Virus record (IMG/VR): IMGVR_UViG_3300045988_106448
DNA from: a virus
Length of the DNA stretch: 64,000 nucleotides
Reading direction: 5' to 3' (one strand)
Under the pieces are notes generated by a model. That model did no database searches. It worked only from the letters and a program-made list of their open reading frames with translations, and was not told the DNA's origin. A program made the translations under genes and the position numbers. Below are positions 46,257 through 55,119 of the stretch, piece by piece; position 1 is the first letter of the stretch; each line of letters opens with the position of its first letter.

Positions 46257-47762
46257 ATGGCAGAAACAAAGGAAAAGAGGGTATGTACCCAAGAGGATAA
46301 AGACCGGATCATGCGGGATGCTCCAGATTACATTCTGGAGTCAACCGATATGATTAAAGACCTTTATTTGGCTAGCGAATGGGCGAAAGAGAAACGTGAT
46401 CTCAGTGAGGAGCGTTACTTTACCCTCCTAATCAATGAAGGTCTCGATGATGAACGTACCATTGAGATAGACTTCCAACAAACGGTAAACGTTAGTGCCT
46501 ACGTGAAAACGCACGGTGGAGATTTGGAAGCGGTACGCAAGGCGAATGGAAAACGTTTGGCATACCTGCGGTTAGACCGGGCGTATCAAAACGCCGTCTT
46601 GGAATTAAACAAGGCGTTAGGAAAGAAAACCCACCGAGCACGTAACATCGTGGATTACACGGGTACGATTCTGGAATTGTTTGGTAAGTTCTACACGGTG
46701 AATGACGTTGCCAAAGTGATGGGTAAGGAGTACCGCATCAAGATTCCAGAAGAAGAACTTAAGAAGTTTTACGTTGACAACCGTGATTTAATCAGTCGCC
46801 GTCGTGCTGAATACATCCTACAAAACAAAGATTTTCGTATAGCAACGGAAACCGGACGTTTGGAAGTGCTTAACAAGTTGCTAATAGATGCTGAATTGAA
46901 GAATAAGGCACAAGGGGGTGGAAACACCGAACTCGCTAACCTTATCATTCGTATCATCGAACAGGCACGTAAGGAAGTCAAGGGTAACGAAATCAAGATG
47001 ACCGTTGACGGTCGAATAGACATCAATGCCACTCTACACGCCGAAGGTAACATTAACTCCGCTATGGCACAACTATCCGTTAACGCCCTTGTGATAGGAT
47101 TAACAGCCGCAAAAGCCGGGCTTAACCCCGCCGTGCTTATAGGGCAGTTGGCTAACAGTTGGTACAAGCAATTTAACGGATTCAACGGTAACGTCATGGA
47201 TGGAACCACGGTTGAATTACCGAGTGCCCTTATACGCAGTTACGATTGGGGTAAGATAGAAACGGCTTCCCAAAAATTTATAGATGAATTCACTCCTATT
47301 ACTGACGTGACGGAGGAGAAGGAAGAAGCCAAAGCTATGACGGCTGAAGAACGCCGTAAACAGATGCTTCAACGGTTGAAAGCAATAAAGGAAGCCAAAC
47401 GGGTGGAGGACGAACGTGCCAACCCGGTAACACCCGACGACACGGGTTTAAACGTGCTCACCGAGGGCGTGGTATTGCAACCCACAGACCCAACCGTTGA
47501 GGAGCCGACAGGGGAGTTTCCTATCGACTACGACCTTAATAAAAAGTACCGCCAACAAAAAGGTATGTACATAAAAGGGGCGATAGGGGAGTCTATCGCT
47601 CGTCACAAGCAAGCAAAGGAAGAGGGTGAAGTAAACATACTGAAGGATGAAGCCCGTCGCAAAAAAGAGGCTGCACGACAGCGCAAAATGCGAAGGGAAA
47701 AGAAGAAGCGGGAACAGGAGGAAAAGAAGAAGGGTAAGAAACCAGAAGATAGCGAAGAATAA
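46257..47762 (+). CDS. hypothetical protein with coiled-coil and highly basic C-terminus
   Basis: 501-aa ORF. Internal hydrophobic segment. C-terminal K/R/E-rich low complexity. Confidence 0.35.
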   Translation: MAETKEKRVCTQEDKDRIMRDAPDYILESTDMIKDLYLASEWAKEKRDLSEERYFTLLINEGLDDERTIEIDFQQTVNVSAYVKTHGGDLEAVRKANGKRLAYLRLDRAYQNAVLELNKALGKKTHRARNIVDYTGTILELFGKFYTVNDVAKVMGKEYRIKIPEEELKKFYVDNRDLISRRRAEYILQNKDFRIATETGRLEVLNKLLIDAELKNKAQGGGNTELANLIIRIIEQARKEVKGNEIKMTVDGRIDINATLHAEGNINSAMAQLSVNALVIGLTAAKAGLNPAVLIGQLANSWYKQFNGFNGNVMDGTTVELPSALIRSYDWGKIETASQKFIDEFTPITDVTEEKEEAKAMTAEERRKQMLQRLKAIKEAKRVEDERANPVTPDDTGLNVLTEGVVLQPTDPTVEEPTGEFPIDYDLNKKYRQQKGMYIKGAIGESIARHKQAKEEGEVNILKDEARRKKEAARQRKMRREKKKREQEEKKKGKKPEDSEE

Positions 47763-47788
47763 AGGGGGCGAAAGCCCCCTCTTTTGTT
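47763..47788. terminator. bidirectional rho-independent terminator (agggggc-gaaa-gccccct flanked by T-runs on both strands)
   Basis: 7-bp GC-rich stem. CTTTTGTT follows on the + strand and TTTATTCTTC on the - strand. Sits between the convergent 46257..47762 (+) and dps (-) genes. Confidence 0.65.
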
Positions 47789-48275
47789 AGTTGCCCGCCG
47801 GGGTAACGTTGTAGGAACGATTCATCCACGCTTCTTTTTCCATGGATTCTATCATGTCTTCCAGAAAATTCAGGGTAGCCAAATCATTTTCAGGAATCTG
47901 AGCGTGAATATCACGAATAACACGCACCATTCTGTCCCAGTCATCCCTAATGTGTTTCCACATATCAATTTCCTGTGGAACGGCTTCCGTCATGGAAAAT
48001 TCTGGAATATGGTTATGGCTTAACATGGCTTCCATACTTCCTAACGGGCGGTGACCCAAAGCCCGTACACGTTCAGCCACGTCGTCAACTCGTTCGATTT
48101 CCGCCTCGTATAACTTTAACATGGCTTCATGATATGAACCAAATGATTCTCCTACCACGTTCCAATGGAACTGCCACGTCTTGAGCATCAAGGTAAAATG
48201 GTCAGCGAGTAAACCATTCAATAATTTAGCACTCCTTTCAAGTTCTTCAGGAGTTAATCCGGTATTAATACTCAT
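47787..48275 (-). CDS. dps: Dps-family ferritin-like DNA-binding protein
   Basis: LLADHFTLMLKTWQFHWNVVGESF...H....E.......D..AERVRALGHRPLGS...E matches the Dps four-helix ferroxidase pattern. Start revised to the MSINTGL ATG (161 aa). Confidence 0.7.
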   Translation of the reverse strand: MSINTGLTPEELERSAKLLNGLLADHFTLMLKTWQFHWNVVGESFGSYHEAMLKLYEAEIERVDDVAERVRALGHRPLGSMEAMLSHNHIPEFSMTEAVPQEIDMWKHIRDDWDRMVRVIRDIHAQIPENDLATLNFLEDMIESMEKEAWMNRSYNVTPAGN

Positions 48276-48418
48276 AATTAAAATGATTAGATTGTTTATA
48301 AACAAATAATATACGGTAATGACAAAATAAAGTTTGTAACCTTGTAACAAAATATTTTCACCCCACGTATTAGTATTGTGTTTATCACATAATAGTTTTA
48401 GGGTTTATTGTTTGTCAT

Positions 48419-48448
48419 GGATGAGCCAATCGGCTCATCCTCTTTTTG
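48419..48448 (+). terminator. hairpin ggatgagcc-aatc-ggctcatcc + TCTTTTTG in the dps upstream region
   Basis: 9-bp perfect stem plus a T-run. Its position upstream of dps means it could equally be an operator or insulator. Confidence 0.4.
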
Positions 48449-48494
48449 AATAATAAAATATCCGCAATATCTTGCACACCTAAAATATTTACCC

Positions 48495-48502
48495 TATATT
48501 TG
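48495..48502 (+). promoter_or_regulatory. -7 promoter element TAtaTTTG
   Basis: 28 nt upstream of the ATG at 48530. Confidence 0.4.
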
Positions 48503-48529
48503 CATTACAAACTAATAAACAATAAAACA

Positions 48530-49015
48530 ATGAAAACTCCAGAACAAATTATCGTAAATGTAACTGATAAAACACAGTGGACGTTAACACGTATTAATTC
48601 CATTCCTACAATGGAATGCTCGATTAAGGTACCGTATAATAACACTGAATATACTATATTCAGTACAAGTGAACAAATTCATGATTGCCAGATAGCCTAT
48701 ACGGGACGTTCTTTGATTGAGAGGGGTTGGGAAATTTCAGTCACCCTTTATCATCCCCATGCGGCGGGGCGTTACCGGGTTTTATTTATCGTACAGCGTC
48801 CAAACGGTAAAGAATGTTCTCAATATGGTTTACTTGTAGATTACGATGGGCGTTGTCCGCTTATACTCACGGGTGTAAATTTGGTTACAGGGAAGAAAGT
48901 GGGCGGACCTCAAGCGGTGAACATGGCCATTACTATGGAAGCGTTATTTAGCGAATTATTTTGTAAACCTAGGAGAAACGGACTAACTATCCTCCCTAAT
49001 CCACGTATGCTATAA
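48530..49015 (+). CDS. hypothetical protein (start revised to MKTPEQ)
   Basis: The tracked ORF 48446..49015 begins inside the promoter/terminator region. The internal ATG at 48530 follows the -7 element. Confidence 0.35.
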   Translation: MKTPEQIIVNVTDKTQWTLTRINSIPTMECSIKVPYNNTEYTIFSTSEQIHDCQIAYTGRSLIERGWEISVTLYHPHAAGRYRVLFIVQRPNGKECSQYGLLVDYDGRCPLILTGVNLVTGKKVGGPQAVNMAITMEALFSELFCKPRRNGLTILPNPRML

Positions 49016-49048
49016 CACAGTTAAACAATATATAAGAAATCCAGAATT

Positions 49049-49399
49049 ATGTTAGACTTAAAGATTTTTGCTCAAGAAGAGATTGAAGACCTAGTGAAAG
49101 GAGATATCGTTTGTTATCCGGAAGCGATGCAATTTATAATGACCCGGTTAGAGTGTACGGAAGAGGAGTTGAGGGTGGTTAAGCCTCAACACAAGCCCAC
49201 CACGCCAACAGACATCGAAGCGTGGTTCCCTAACGAACCCGATGAACCCCTAATGATTTGGGAAGTACCCGGTTATGACGCTGAATTAATAGAGATACAT
49301 TACCGGGGTGTGAGCCTGATTGGCTTGCGTGACGAGTGTCCCTACATGGTTTATATGAACGTAAAAGATTTGCAACATGAGAAACAAAATGTAGCGTGA
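49049..49399 (+). CDS. hypothetical protein
   Basis: 116-aa ORF. Confidence 0.3.
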   Translation: MLDLKIFAQEEIEDLVKGDIVCYPEAMQFIMTRLECTEEELRVVKPQHKPTTPTDIEAWFPNEPDEPLMIWEVPGYDAELIEIHYRGVSLIGLRDECPYMVYMNVKDLQHEKQNVA

Positions 49400-49435
49400 A
49401 GTTTGTAGTTTTCATATAGTTTATAGTTTAGTGAA

Positions 49436-49471
49436 GCGTGCCGGGTGAATAACATTCGGCACGCATTTTTA
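49436..49471 (+). terminator. rho-independent terminator (gcgtgccg-13 nt loop-cggcacgc + ATTTTTAC)
   Basis: 8-bp stem and T-run after the 49399 stop. Confidence 0.5.
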
Positions 49472-49504
49472 CGGATGTTTCCTTGTGGTTTTAAATATAA
49501 TGCT

Positions 49505-49512
49505 TACATTTG
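49505..49512 (+). promoter_or_regulatory. -7 promoter element TAcaTTTG
   Basis: 25 nt upstream of the ATG at 49537. Confidence 0.4.
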
Positions 49513-49536
49513 CATAAACAATAAAAACTAAACAAG

Positions 49537-49824
49537 ATGGAAACACAGAACGAACACTTACAAGAATTTAAATTTAGTACCGGGGTAAAACCCTACATTC
49601 ACACCCCGCAGGCTCCAATCTCCAATCCGTATGAATACGTGGATGGTAACGGCGTGAAAATAATTCTATTTTATTGTACTGACGTGCCGGAAGGCGCAAC
49701 CTTCTTATTCGCTAGTAGCAACCCCAATTGTCCAGAAGGCGAAGCTAACAACGTTATTGTTAGAAGAATTATAAAGGGTGGATTGGCGAGTGAATACGCC
49801 TATTTCAGAATAAACAAACAATGA
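49537..49824 (+). CDS. hypothetical protein
   Basis: 95-aa ORF. Confidence 0.3.
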   Translation: METQNEHLQEFKFSTGVKPYIHTPQAPISNPYEYVDGNGVKIILFYCTDVPEGATFLFASSNPNCPEGEANNVIVRRIIKGGLASEYAYFRINKQ

Positions 49825-49830
49825 ATTCCT

Positions 49831-50433
49831 ATGGCAACACAAGATAAAGCTATCTTATTGAAGATAAAGAAAGTGAAAGCCCTAGCGGAACAGGGCGTGA
49901 GCGGTGAAAAGGAAGCCGCCCAACAACTTTTAGAGAGGTTATGCGCCCGGTACGGCATCACCCTAGAAGAGTTAAACGAAGGTGAAGCCCGTCGGGTATA
50001 TCATTTCCACGTTCGTACTTCCGTTTACAAATTATTCTTACAAGTGTTCACTCACCTGTACGGGGTTGGTGACAGATTTCGTAACGAAGTAAAGGTGTAC
50101 CAAGCAAAGAACGGTCGTGACATTCAGGTGTCGTTCACTCCTACCGAATACATAGAATTTAATATCTTCTTCGAATGGCACAGGCAAAACTATCTGAAGG
50201 AACGCCGCCGAATGCGTGAAATATTTTACAGTGGGTATCTTGAAAAACATAAACTCTACCCGTGTAAAACTGATGAGGATTTCGATAAAATGTGGGAAGA
50301 AAAGAAGAGTAAGAAAGATTTATGGGAAGAAATGATGGCGGTGAGTGCCATGACTAAAATGATGACGGATGCCACGTTCCACAAGCAAATAGGAAGCGAA
50401 GAAAATTCTTACGGGGAAGATGACGAAGATTAA
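49831..50433 (+). CDS. hypothetical protein
   Basis: 200-aa ORF. Confidence 0.3.
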   Translation: MATQDKAILLKIKKVKALAEQGVSGEKEAAQQLLERLCARYGITLEELNEGEARRVYHFHVRTSVYKLFLQVFTHLYGVGDRFRNEVKVYQAKNGRDIQVSFTPTEYIEFNIFFEWHRQNYLKERRRMREIFYSGYLEKHKLYPCKTDEDFDKMWEEKKSKKDLWEEMMAVSAMTKMMTDATFHKQIGSEENSYGEDDED

Positions 50434-50467
50434 TCCCTATTTTCTTTGCCGTTTACAAAGTAAACAC

Positions 50468-50475
50468 TACATTTG
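50468..50475 (+). promoter_or_regulatory. -7 promoter element TAcaTTTG
   Basis: 33 nt upstream of the ATG at 50508. Confidence 0.4.
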
Positions 50476-50507
50476 TAGCAGTAATAAACACTAAAACAGT
50501 AAACATT

Positions 50508-50762
50508 ATGACAACAATTCAAGATTTATTAAGTATTTGGGATGATAATTCTGAAGCCATAGAACAAATACAAGAATGTTTATGGGAAGCCGAAGACATT
50601 ATTAATGAAAAATACGGTTCGGATGTGGAGGTTGAGGTTGAAGAAGTAGACGAAGGTGAATATGAAATCGTAATTGAGGGCTGTACAGCAGAAATCCAAG
50701 AAGAACTTCTTGAAGAAGCCACGAATTACGCTTCAGAAAATTATCCTGAATTATTCTTCTAA
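50508..50762 (+). CDS. small acidic protein
   Basis: 84 aa, Glu/Asp-rich (EVEVEEVDEGEYEIVIEG). Confidence 0.3.
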   Translation: MTTIQDLLSIWDDNSEAIEQIQECLWEAEDIINEKYGSDVEVEVEEVDEGEYEIVIEGCTAEIQEELLEEATNYASENYPELFF

Positions 50763-50764
50763 TT

Positions 50765-51370
50765 ATGGATGCTAAAGAGGTGGATGCTGCCCTAGTAAAA
50801 GAGGCACTCGATGGGAGCCAAAAGGCATACGAAAAACTATTCAATAAATACCGCTATTCCTTGCGGTATTCAATTTTACAAATTGTGAGGGATGAGGAAA
50901 CCGCCAACGATTTACTCATGGAATCTTTTAGTAGAGCCTTTCTAAACCTGAAACGTTACACTACGGATTTCGCCTTTAGTACATGGTTATTCCGCATAGG
51001 GGTAAACTGTGCGATAGATTATAAACGCAAGCACGGGCGGGTAGTGATGTGCCGTATAGAACAGGACGATCCCGATAGGGAAGACCGCCCGATGTTCGTT
51101 ATTCCTGACCCTGACCGTACCCCGGCGGATGCTGCCATACAAAGACAACGTGTCGATTTAGTGCGAGGCGTTATCGCACAATTGCCGGAACCTTTCTACA
51201 CTATGGTTCACCTACGGTACATAGACGGGTTTGCCTATGATGAGATAGCCGATGAGTTAGACGTGCCGTTAGGCACCGTTAAAGCCTCGCTACACAGGGC
51301 GAAACAATTGTTGTGGGAACGCCTCGCTGAAGACAAAAGGTATAAGGAGATACTAACCGAGGAGATATAA
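50765..51370 (+). CDS. sigma-70 family (ECF-like) RNA polymerase sigma factor
   Basis: Region 2 (YRYSLRYSILQIVRDEETANDLLMESFSRAFLNL....STWLFRIGVNCAIDYKRK) and region 4 HTH (YIDGFAYDEIADELDVPLGTVKASLHRAK). Confidence 0.7.
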   Translation: MDAKEVDAALVKEALDGSQKAYEKLFNKYRYSLRYSILQIVRDEETANDLLMESFSRAFLNLKRYTTDFAFSTWLFRIGVNCAIDYKRKHGRVVMCRIEQDDPDREDRPMFVIPDPDRTPADAAIQRQRVDLVRGVIAQLPEPFYTMVHLRYIDGFAYDEIADELDVPLGTVKASLHRAKQLLWERLAEDKRYKEILTEEI

Positions 51371-51418
51371 GTGCGTATATACATGGCATAGTAATTAACA
51401 ATTAAATATAATAGAATT

Positions 51419-51844
51419 ATGACAGAAACAATTTTATTGACCATTTTAGGCACGTTGCTCGTGTTATGGGTAACGTTACACGTGTACCAAAGGCGTAAAC
51501 GTTTAAACTTTAGGAAACGTTTTCTTGAAGCCATTACTGACATGATGGCGTTCCCTACCAAGGAAATAGCCGTGTGCGGGCAGAAATACCTCGTGTCATT
51601 CGTGTGCCCGCCCAATCCGGATGCTTATAATGTGTTTACTGATTCTTCTTTAAAAGAATATCAAGAAGAGATAGATGAAGATAAAAACGACTACACGTGG
51701 GGAGTGTTCTGCGGGGCTGACATGGCTGCAATAGAAACATTCATAAGTTACAATCCAGACGTTACCGTGTTAAACATACCGACGGAGCAAATGAAAGTGA
51801 ATTTCCCCAAGAGAGCGATGTACAAGGTAGTGAAAATTAAATAA
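51419..51844 (+). CDS. hypothetical membrane protein
   Basis: N-terminal TM helix (ILLTILGTLLVLWVTL). 141 aa. Confidence 0.3.
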   Translation: MTETILLTILGTLLVLWVTLHVYQRRKRLNFRKRFLEAITDMMAFPTKEIAVCGQKYLVSFVCPPNPDAYNVFTDSSLKEYQEEIDEDKNDYTWGVFCGADMAAIETFISYNPDVTVLNIPTEQMKVNFPKRAMYKVVKIK

Positions 51845-51851
51845 CGAGGGG

Positions 51852-52175
51852 ATGAATACCGTGGCGAAAGAACAAACCAAATTCGTGATGAGCAAAATGC
51901 AAATCCCAATACCTTCAGTGATAGAAGAATTAATTAGAAAACGTTACGCCGATTCCCCCGTGTTACACGTGGGTGTAACCATACAACGGGACGCCATTAG
52001 CCGGGATGGCGTGCCCGCATTGTACACCGTTAGTGACGTTGACCCGCTCCTATTGTTGGAGGAAATAAGGGACATTATTAACAATAAACGCCTCGATTTA
52101 GCCGACAAAATTATGGACGTGCACAAGGTATTACAGAAAATAGAAAAGACGCATGAAGCAAGTAAAGGTTATTAG
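51852..52175 (+). CDS. hypothetical protein
   Basis: 107-aa ORF. Confidence 0.3.
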   Translation: MNTVAKEQTKFVMSKMQIPIPSVIEELIRKRYADSPVLHVGVTIQRDAISRDGVPALYTVSDVDPLLLLEEIRDIINNKRLDLADKIMDVHKVLQKIEKTHEASKGY

Positions 52176-52527
52176 TATTGGTAGTTCTCCAAATTATGAA
52201 CAGGTGAACCACATACAAGAGTTGCTAAACACGGGATGGGAAATACAGGCTTGTACTAGCACGTATATTTTACTCATCTTAGAATCCACAGATCGAGTTC
52301 AAGAACTAGAACCTACCACTTTCAAAGAACGGTTGCAGATAGAGGAACAGGAGCTAAACATCAAGCTAACAAAACTCACACGGTTTCTAGACAAAACGTT
52401 CCTAACCGAGGACACGAAATTAGACCCTACACAGCTTGAATTAATGGTTGCTCAACAGCAACACATGGAACAATACCTAACAATATTGCACGAAAGAATG
52501 AAACTATTGGGCATCCCCACCGTATAA
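52153..52527 (+). CDS. hypothetical protein
   Basis: 124-aa ORF with a coiled-coil-like C-terminal half. Confidence 0.3.
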   Translation: MKQVKVISIGSSPNYEQVNHIQELLNTGWEIQACTSTYILLILESTDRVQELEPTTFKERLQIEEQELNIKLTKLTRFLDKTFLTEDTKLDPTQLELMVAQQQHMEQYLTILHERMKLLGIPTV

Positions 52528-52570
52528 TTCCGTACTGTTTTCATATTTATTAGATAATTAATATTTCTTG

Positions 52571-52599
52571 CCGCTCCCATGTCGGGGGCGGTTTTATTA
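52571..52599 (+). terminator. rho-independent terminator (ccgctccc-atgtc-gggggcgg + TTTTATTA)
   Basis: 8-bp stem (one G-U pair) and U-tract about 45 nt after the 52527 stop. Confidence 0.5.
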
Positions 52600-52783
52600 T
52601 GGTTGCCATTTTGGCGACCGGAAATAAGGCGTTTTAAGGGATTATTACGCCGTGGTAATACCCCAACATTACCACATATTACAGTACCTTAAACGGGCTA
52701 ACAATCGGTAAACAAAACGGGGATGTTATATTGGGGAAGGGAAATAGAGGTTGCGGCGGTTGCACCATACCACTACCAACAAC

Positions 52784-52810
52784 AAAAACACCGGGGTATA
52801 TACCCCGGTG
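52784..52810 (-). terminator. rho-independent terminator for the minus-strand gene (caccgggg-tatata-ccccggtg, T5 on minus strand)
   Basis: Perfect 8-bp palindrome. AAAAA to its left on the + strand becomes a U-tract on the minus strand. Lies downstream of the 52869..53171(-) stop. Confidence 0.5.
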
Positions 52811-52868
52811 CAAACACTATGTAAAACAAACCAAACAATAAATTCCTATTTTAGTGACCAGAAATAGA

Positions 52869-53171
52869 TTATTTAACCACTTCCATTTCTTTATTAAATT
52901 CAAAATTACTGATTACTTGCCATTTTAGCAAATTGTTTGAATGCACTTCAACCATTAACCAATCACCCACGAATATATCGTATTCATCTTTATTTATATC
53001 CGTTAAAACTAAATCGGGGTTGGGAAAATGGGGGTCACAGTCTATTTCTACCGTGGTAAAGTTGGGTTCAAAATTCTTTACCCATTCTTGCAGTTCTTCA
53101 AGGTTCTTTCCGTCGTACTGTATGGCGTACATTGTAACGGGGTTTTTCGGTTTTACTTGTAATAGTTTCAT
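52869..53171 (-). CDS. hypothetical protein
   Basis: 100-aa ORF with terminator and promoter-like signals at its two ends. Confidence 0.35.
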   Translation of the reverse strand: MKLLQVKPKNPVTMYAIQYDGKNLEELQEWVKNFEPNFTTVEIDCDPHFPNPDLVLTDINKDEYDIFVGDWLMVEVHSNNLLKWQVISNFEFNKEMEVVK

Positions 53172-53262
53172 GGTTTCGTATTTTAGGGATGGGAAATTGT
53201 AACTTTTAGCCCGTGCACAACGTTACACGGGTACAAATGTAGTAACTAAACAAGGTAACAAT

Positions 53263-53502
53263 ATGTTATGTAGAGCAATTTTAAGCGTGCCTAACAGCCC
53301 CGCAAACCGGATTAGGCTAAGTATGTTACAAAACACGGGAACGATTGAACCCCCCGTTTTACACGCCGACGGGAACACTTACACGGTAGTAACCACCACC
53401 GCCAACGTGCCGGACGGCGTGCGTGCCCGTGCCAAATGGTTACGGGAACTAAGCCTGTACGGGGCTAAAGTGGTAGACCACATGAGCCCTAAACACGGGT
53501 AA
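53263..53502 (+). CDS. hypothetical protein
   Basis: 79-aa ORF followed by a hairpin terminator. Confidence 0.3.
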   Translation: MLCRAILSVPNSPANRIRLSMLQNTGTIEPPVLHADGNTYTVVTTTANVPDGVRARAKWLRELSLYGAKVVDHMSPKHG

Positions 53503-53503
53503 A

Positions 53504-53535
53504 GGGTGCGTTATACAGCGCACCCGGTTTGTATC
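53504..53535 (+). terminator. hairpin gggtgcg-ttatacag-cgcaccc + GGTTTGTATC
   Basis: 7-bp stem directly after the 53502 stop. Confidence 0.4.
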
Positions 53536-53555
53536 ATGGAGAACCGAAATAGGGG

Positions 53556-53843
53556 TTATAACAGGTTTGTTGCGGCGTAATAATGTGGGTACCTTCCTAA
53601 TTGCGTGTTGCAATTGTAGCTCGTGAATGCGTTCACCATGCTATCAAACGGCACGTTATCGCATTCCTTTGCATTCGTCGTGTACAATAAACCCCACGGA
53701 GTATTTATGTTCATTCGGCACGGTAACAAGTGTATTTCATGCCCGGCGTTGTACAACCGTTTTGCAACGGTTTTGTTCACTTGCTTTACCTGTACTTTCT
53801 TGCCGTACACGGTAACGGTTAAGATTTGGTTCTTGTGTAACAT
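53556..53843 (-). CDS. hypothetical protein
   Basis: 95-aa ORF. Confidence 0.3.
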   Translation of the reverse strand: MLHKNQILTVTVYGKKVQVKQVNKTVAKRLYNAGHEIHLLPCRMNINTPWGLLYTTNAKECDNVPFDSMVNAFTSYNCNTQLGRYPHYYAATNLL

Positions 53844-53879
53844 GGCTTTTGTATTTTGGGTGTGGGAAATAGGGTTAAT

Positions 53880-54431
53880 TTACAGGTTACAACCGGGCAC
53901 GTAGGTACGCAAACGGTAACTATATCGTTTTCTAAAGTTGCTTATTTCGGCTTGCAATTTGGCGGCGGCTTGCCGTACTTCGTCATATTGGCGCATATCC
54001 CGCCGCACTTCGTCAACCTTGTCTAATAGTTGTAATTGCGTGGTGGTAATGTTTTCCACGGTTGCGGGGGCGTTTACACGTTGCGTGTCCTTATCTATGG
54101 CTATAATGGCTTTTGCCGTGTCGTCAGTAACGTACCCCGTTGTGTAGTAACCGTTGCGGTCGGGGCTGCTAGCACGGTAGGCACGGTTTTCGCCGTCATA
54201 AACTGTAAGCGCAACGCCGTTATAATTACCCCAATCTAATCGTACTATTATATTTTGGGTGGGATGCACACGCTTTATCTCGCCATCTATGGCTTTCAGC
54301 AAACGTGCGTTTAATACCTTGCCGTTAAAACTTGCTTTTATTTCCTGTTTGGCAACGTTTAATATTTCAACTTGTGTTTCGTAAACCTTTATTTGTGCGG
54401 CGCACATTGCGCAAAATACCGTGTAATTCAT
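53880..54431 (-). CDS. hypothetical protein
   Basis: 183-aa ORF. Confidence 0.3.
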   Translation of the reverse strand: MNYTVFCAMCAAQIKVYETQVEILNVAKQEIKASFNGKVLNARLLKAIDGEIKRVHPTQNIIVRLDWGNYNGVALTVYDGENRAYRASSPDRNGYYTTGYVTDDTAKAIIAIDKDTQRVNAPATVENITTTQLQLLDKVDEVRRDMRQYDEVRQAAAKLQAEISNFRKRYSYRLRTYVPGCNL

Positions 54432-54480
54432 AATTGCTTGTTTTTAGAGGTTAAACATTGGATTTGCCGTGTGCAGGCGG

Positions 54481-55119
54481 TTAAGCCTGCACGGGTACTA
54501 AAGCGGTTGTTTCAACGGTTTCCGGGGCGGTTTCCGCAACCACAACGCCGGGGTTATACGTTTGTAGTGCCGGGTGCATTTCGGCAACGGGTACCAACCC
54601 CAAAGCCTTGTTAGCACGTGCAATTTTGCGGTTTAGGCTCGCAATGCGCTTGCGTATTGCTTTAGCTTCGGGCTTGCTTAACGCCTTGTATTCCTCGGTT
54701 GCAACGAAAGCGGTTTTTTGTTCCAGTTCGGCGGTGTACATGGTCAGGCGGGTTTGTGCGTCGGGGCGTTTCGTGCCCGTGGCGGCTTTTTCCTTTTTGG
54801 CTTTCGGTGCCTTCTTTGGTTGCGGTTCTGCAACGCAACCGGGGTTGCTCTTAACAAATACCGTGTAGGCGGCGCACATTTCGGCGTACATGGTTCCTAA
54901 TTTGGCTTTACCTAGTTTAACGTTAGGTTTATTCTTGGGTAGTGCCTCGGCGGTTGGGTTAATGGCGGTTAAGGTGTTGTACACGGCTAACACTTCCTTT
55001 AGTAACAATTGCGCCGGGGTTTTCATTGGGTTTTCAAGTATTTCAGTGTTTACACTGTAAGCGTTTACAACTACGTTTTCAACTTGTTTTGCGGTGGTGT
55101 TTTCAACTTGTGTTTTCAT
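54481..55119 (-). CDS. Lys/Ala-rich histone-like protein
   Basis: 212 aa with low-complexity KKAPKAKKEKAATGTKRP and AKAIRKRIASLNRKIARANKA tracts. Confidence 0.35.
   Translation of the reverse strand: MKTQVENTTAKQVENVVVNAYSVNTEILENPMKTPAQLLLKEVLAVYNTLTAINPTAEALPKNKPNVKLGKAKLGTMYAEMCAAYTVFVKSNPGCVAEPQPKKAPKAKKEKAATGTKRPDAQTRLTMYTAELEQKTAFVATEEYKALSKPEAKAIRKRIASLNRKIARANKALGLVPVAEMHPALQTYNPGVVVAETAPETVETTALVPVQA

Noticed and set aside
47787-48350. Long form of the dps ORF (187 aa starting MLQGYKLYFVITVYY...).
   Set aside because: The first 25 codons are AT-rich, hydrophobic and overlap the promoter region. Dps homology begins at MSINTGL, so the start is placed at 48275.
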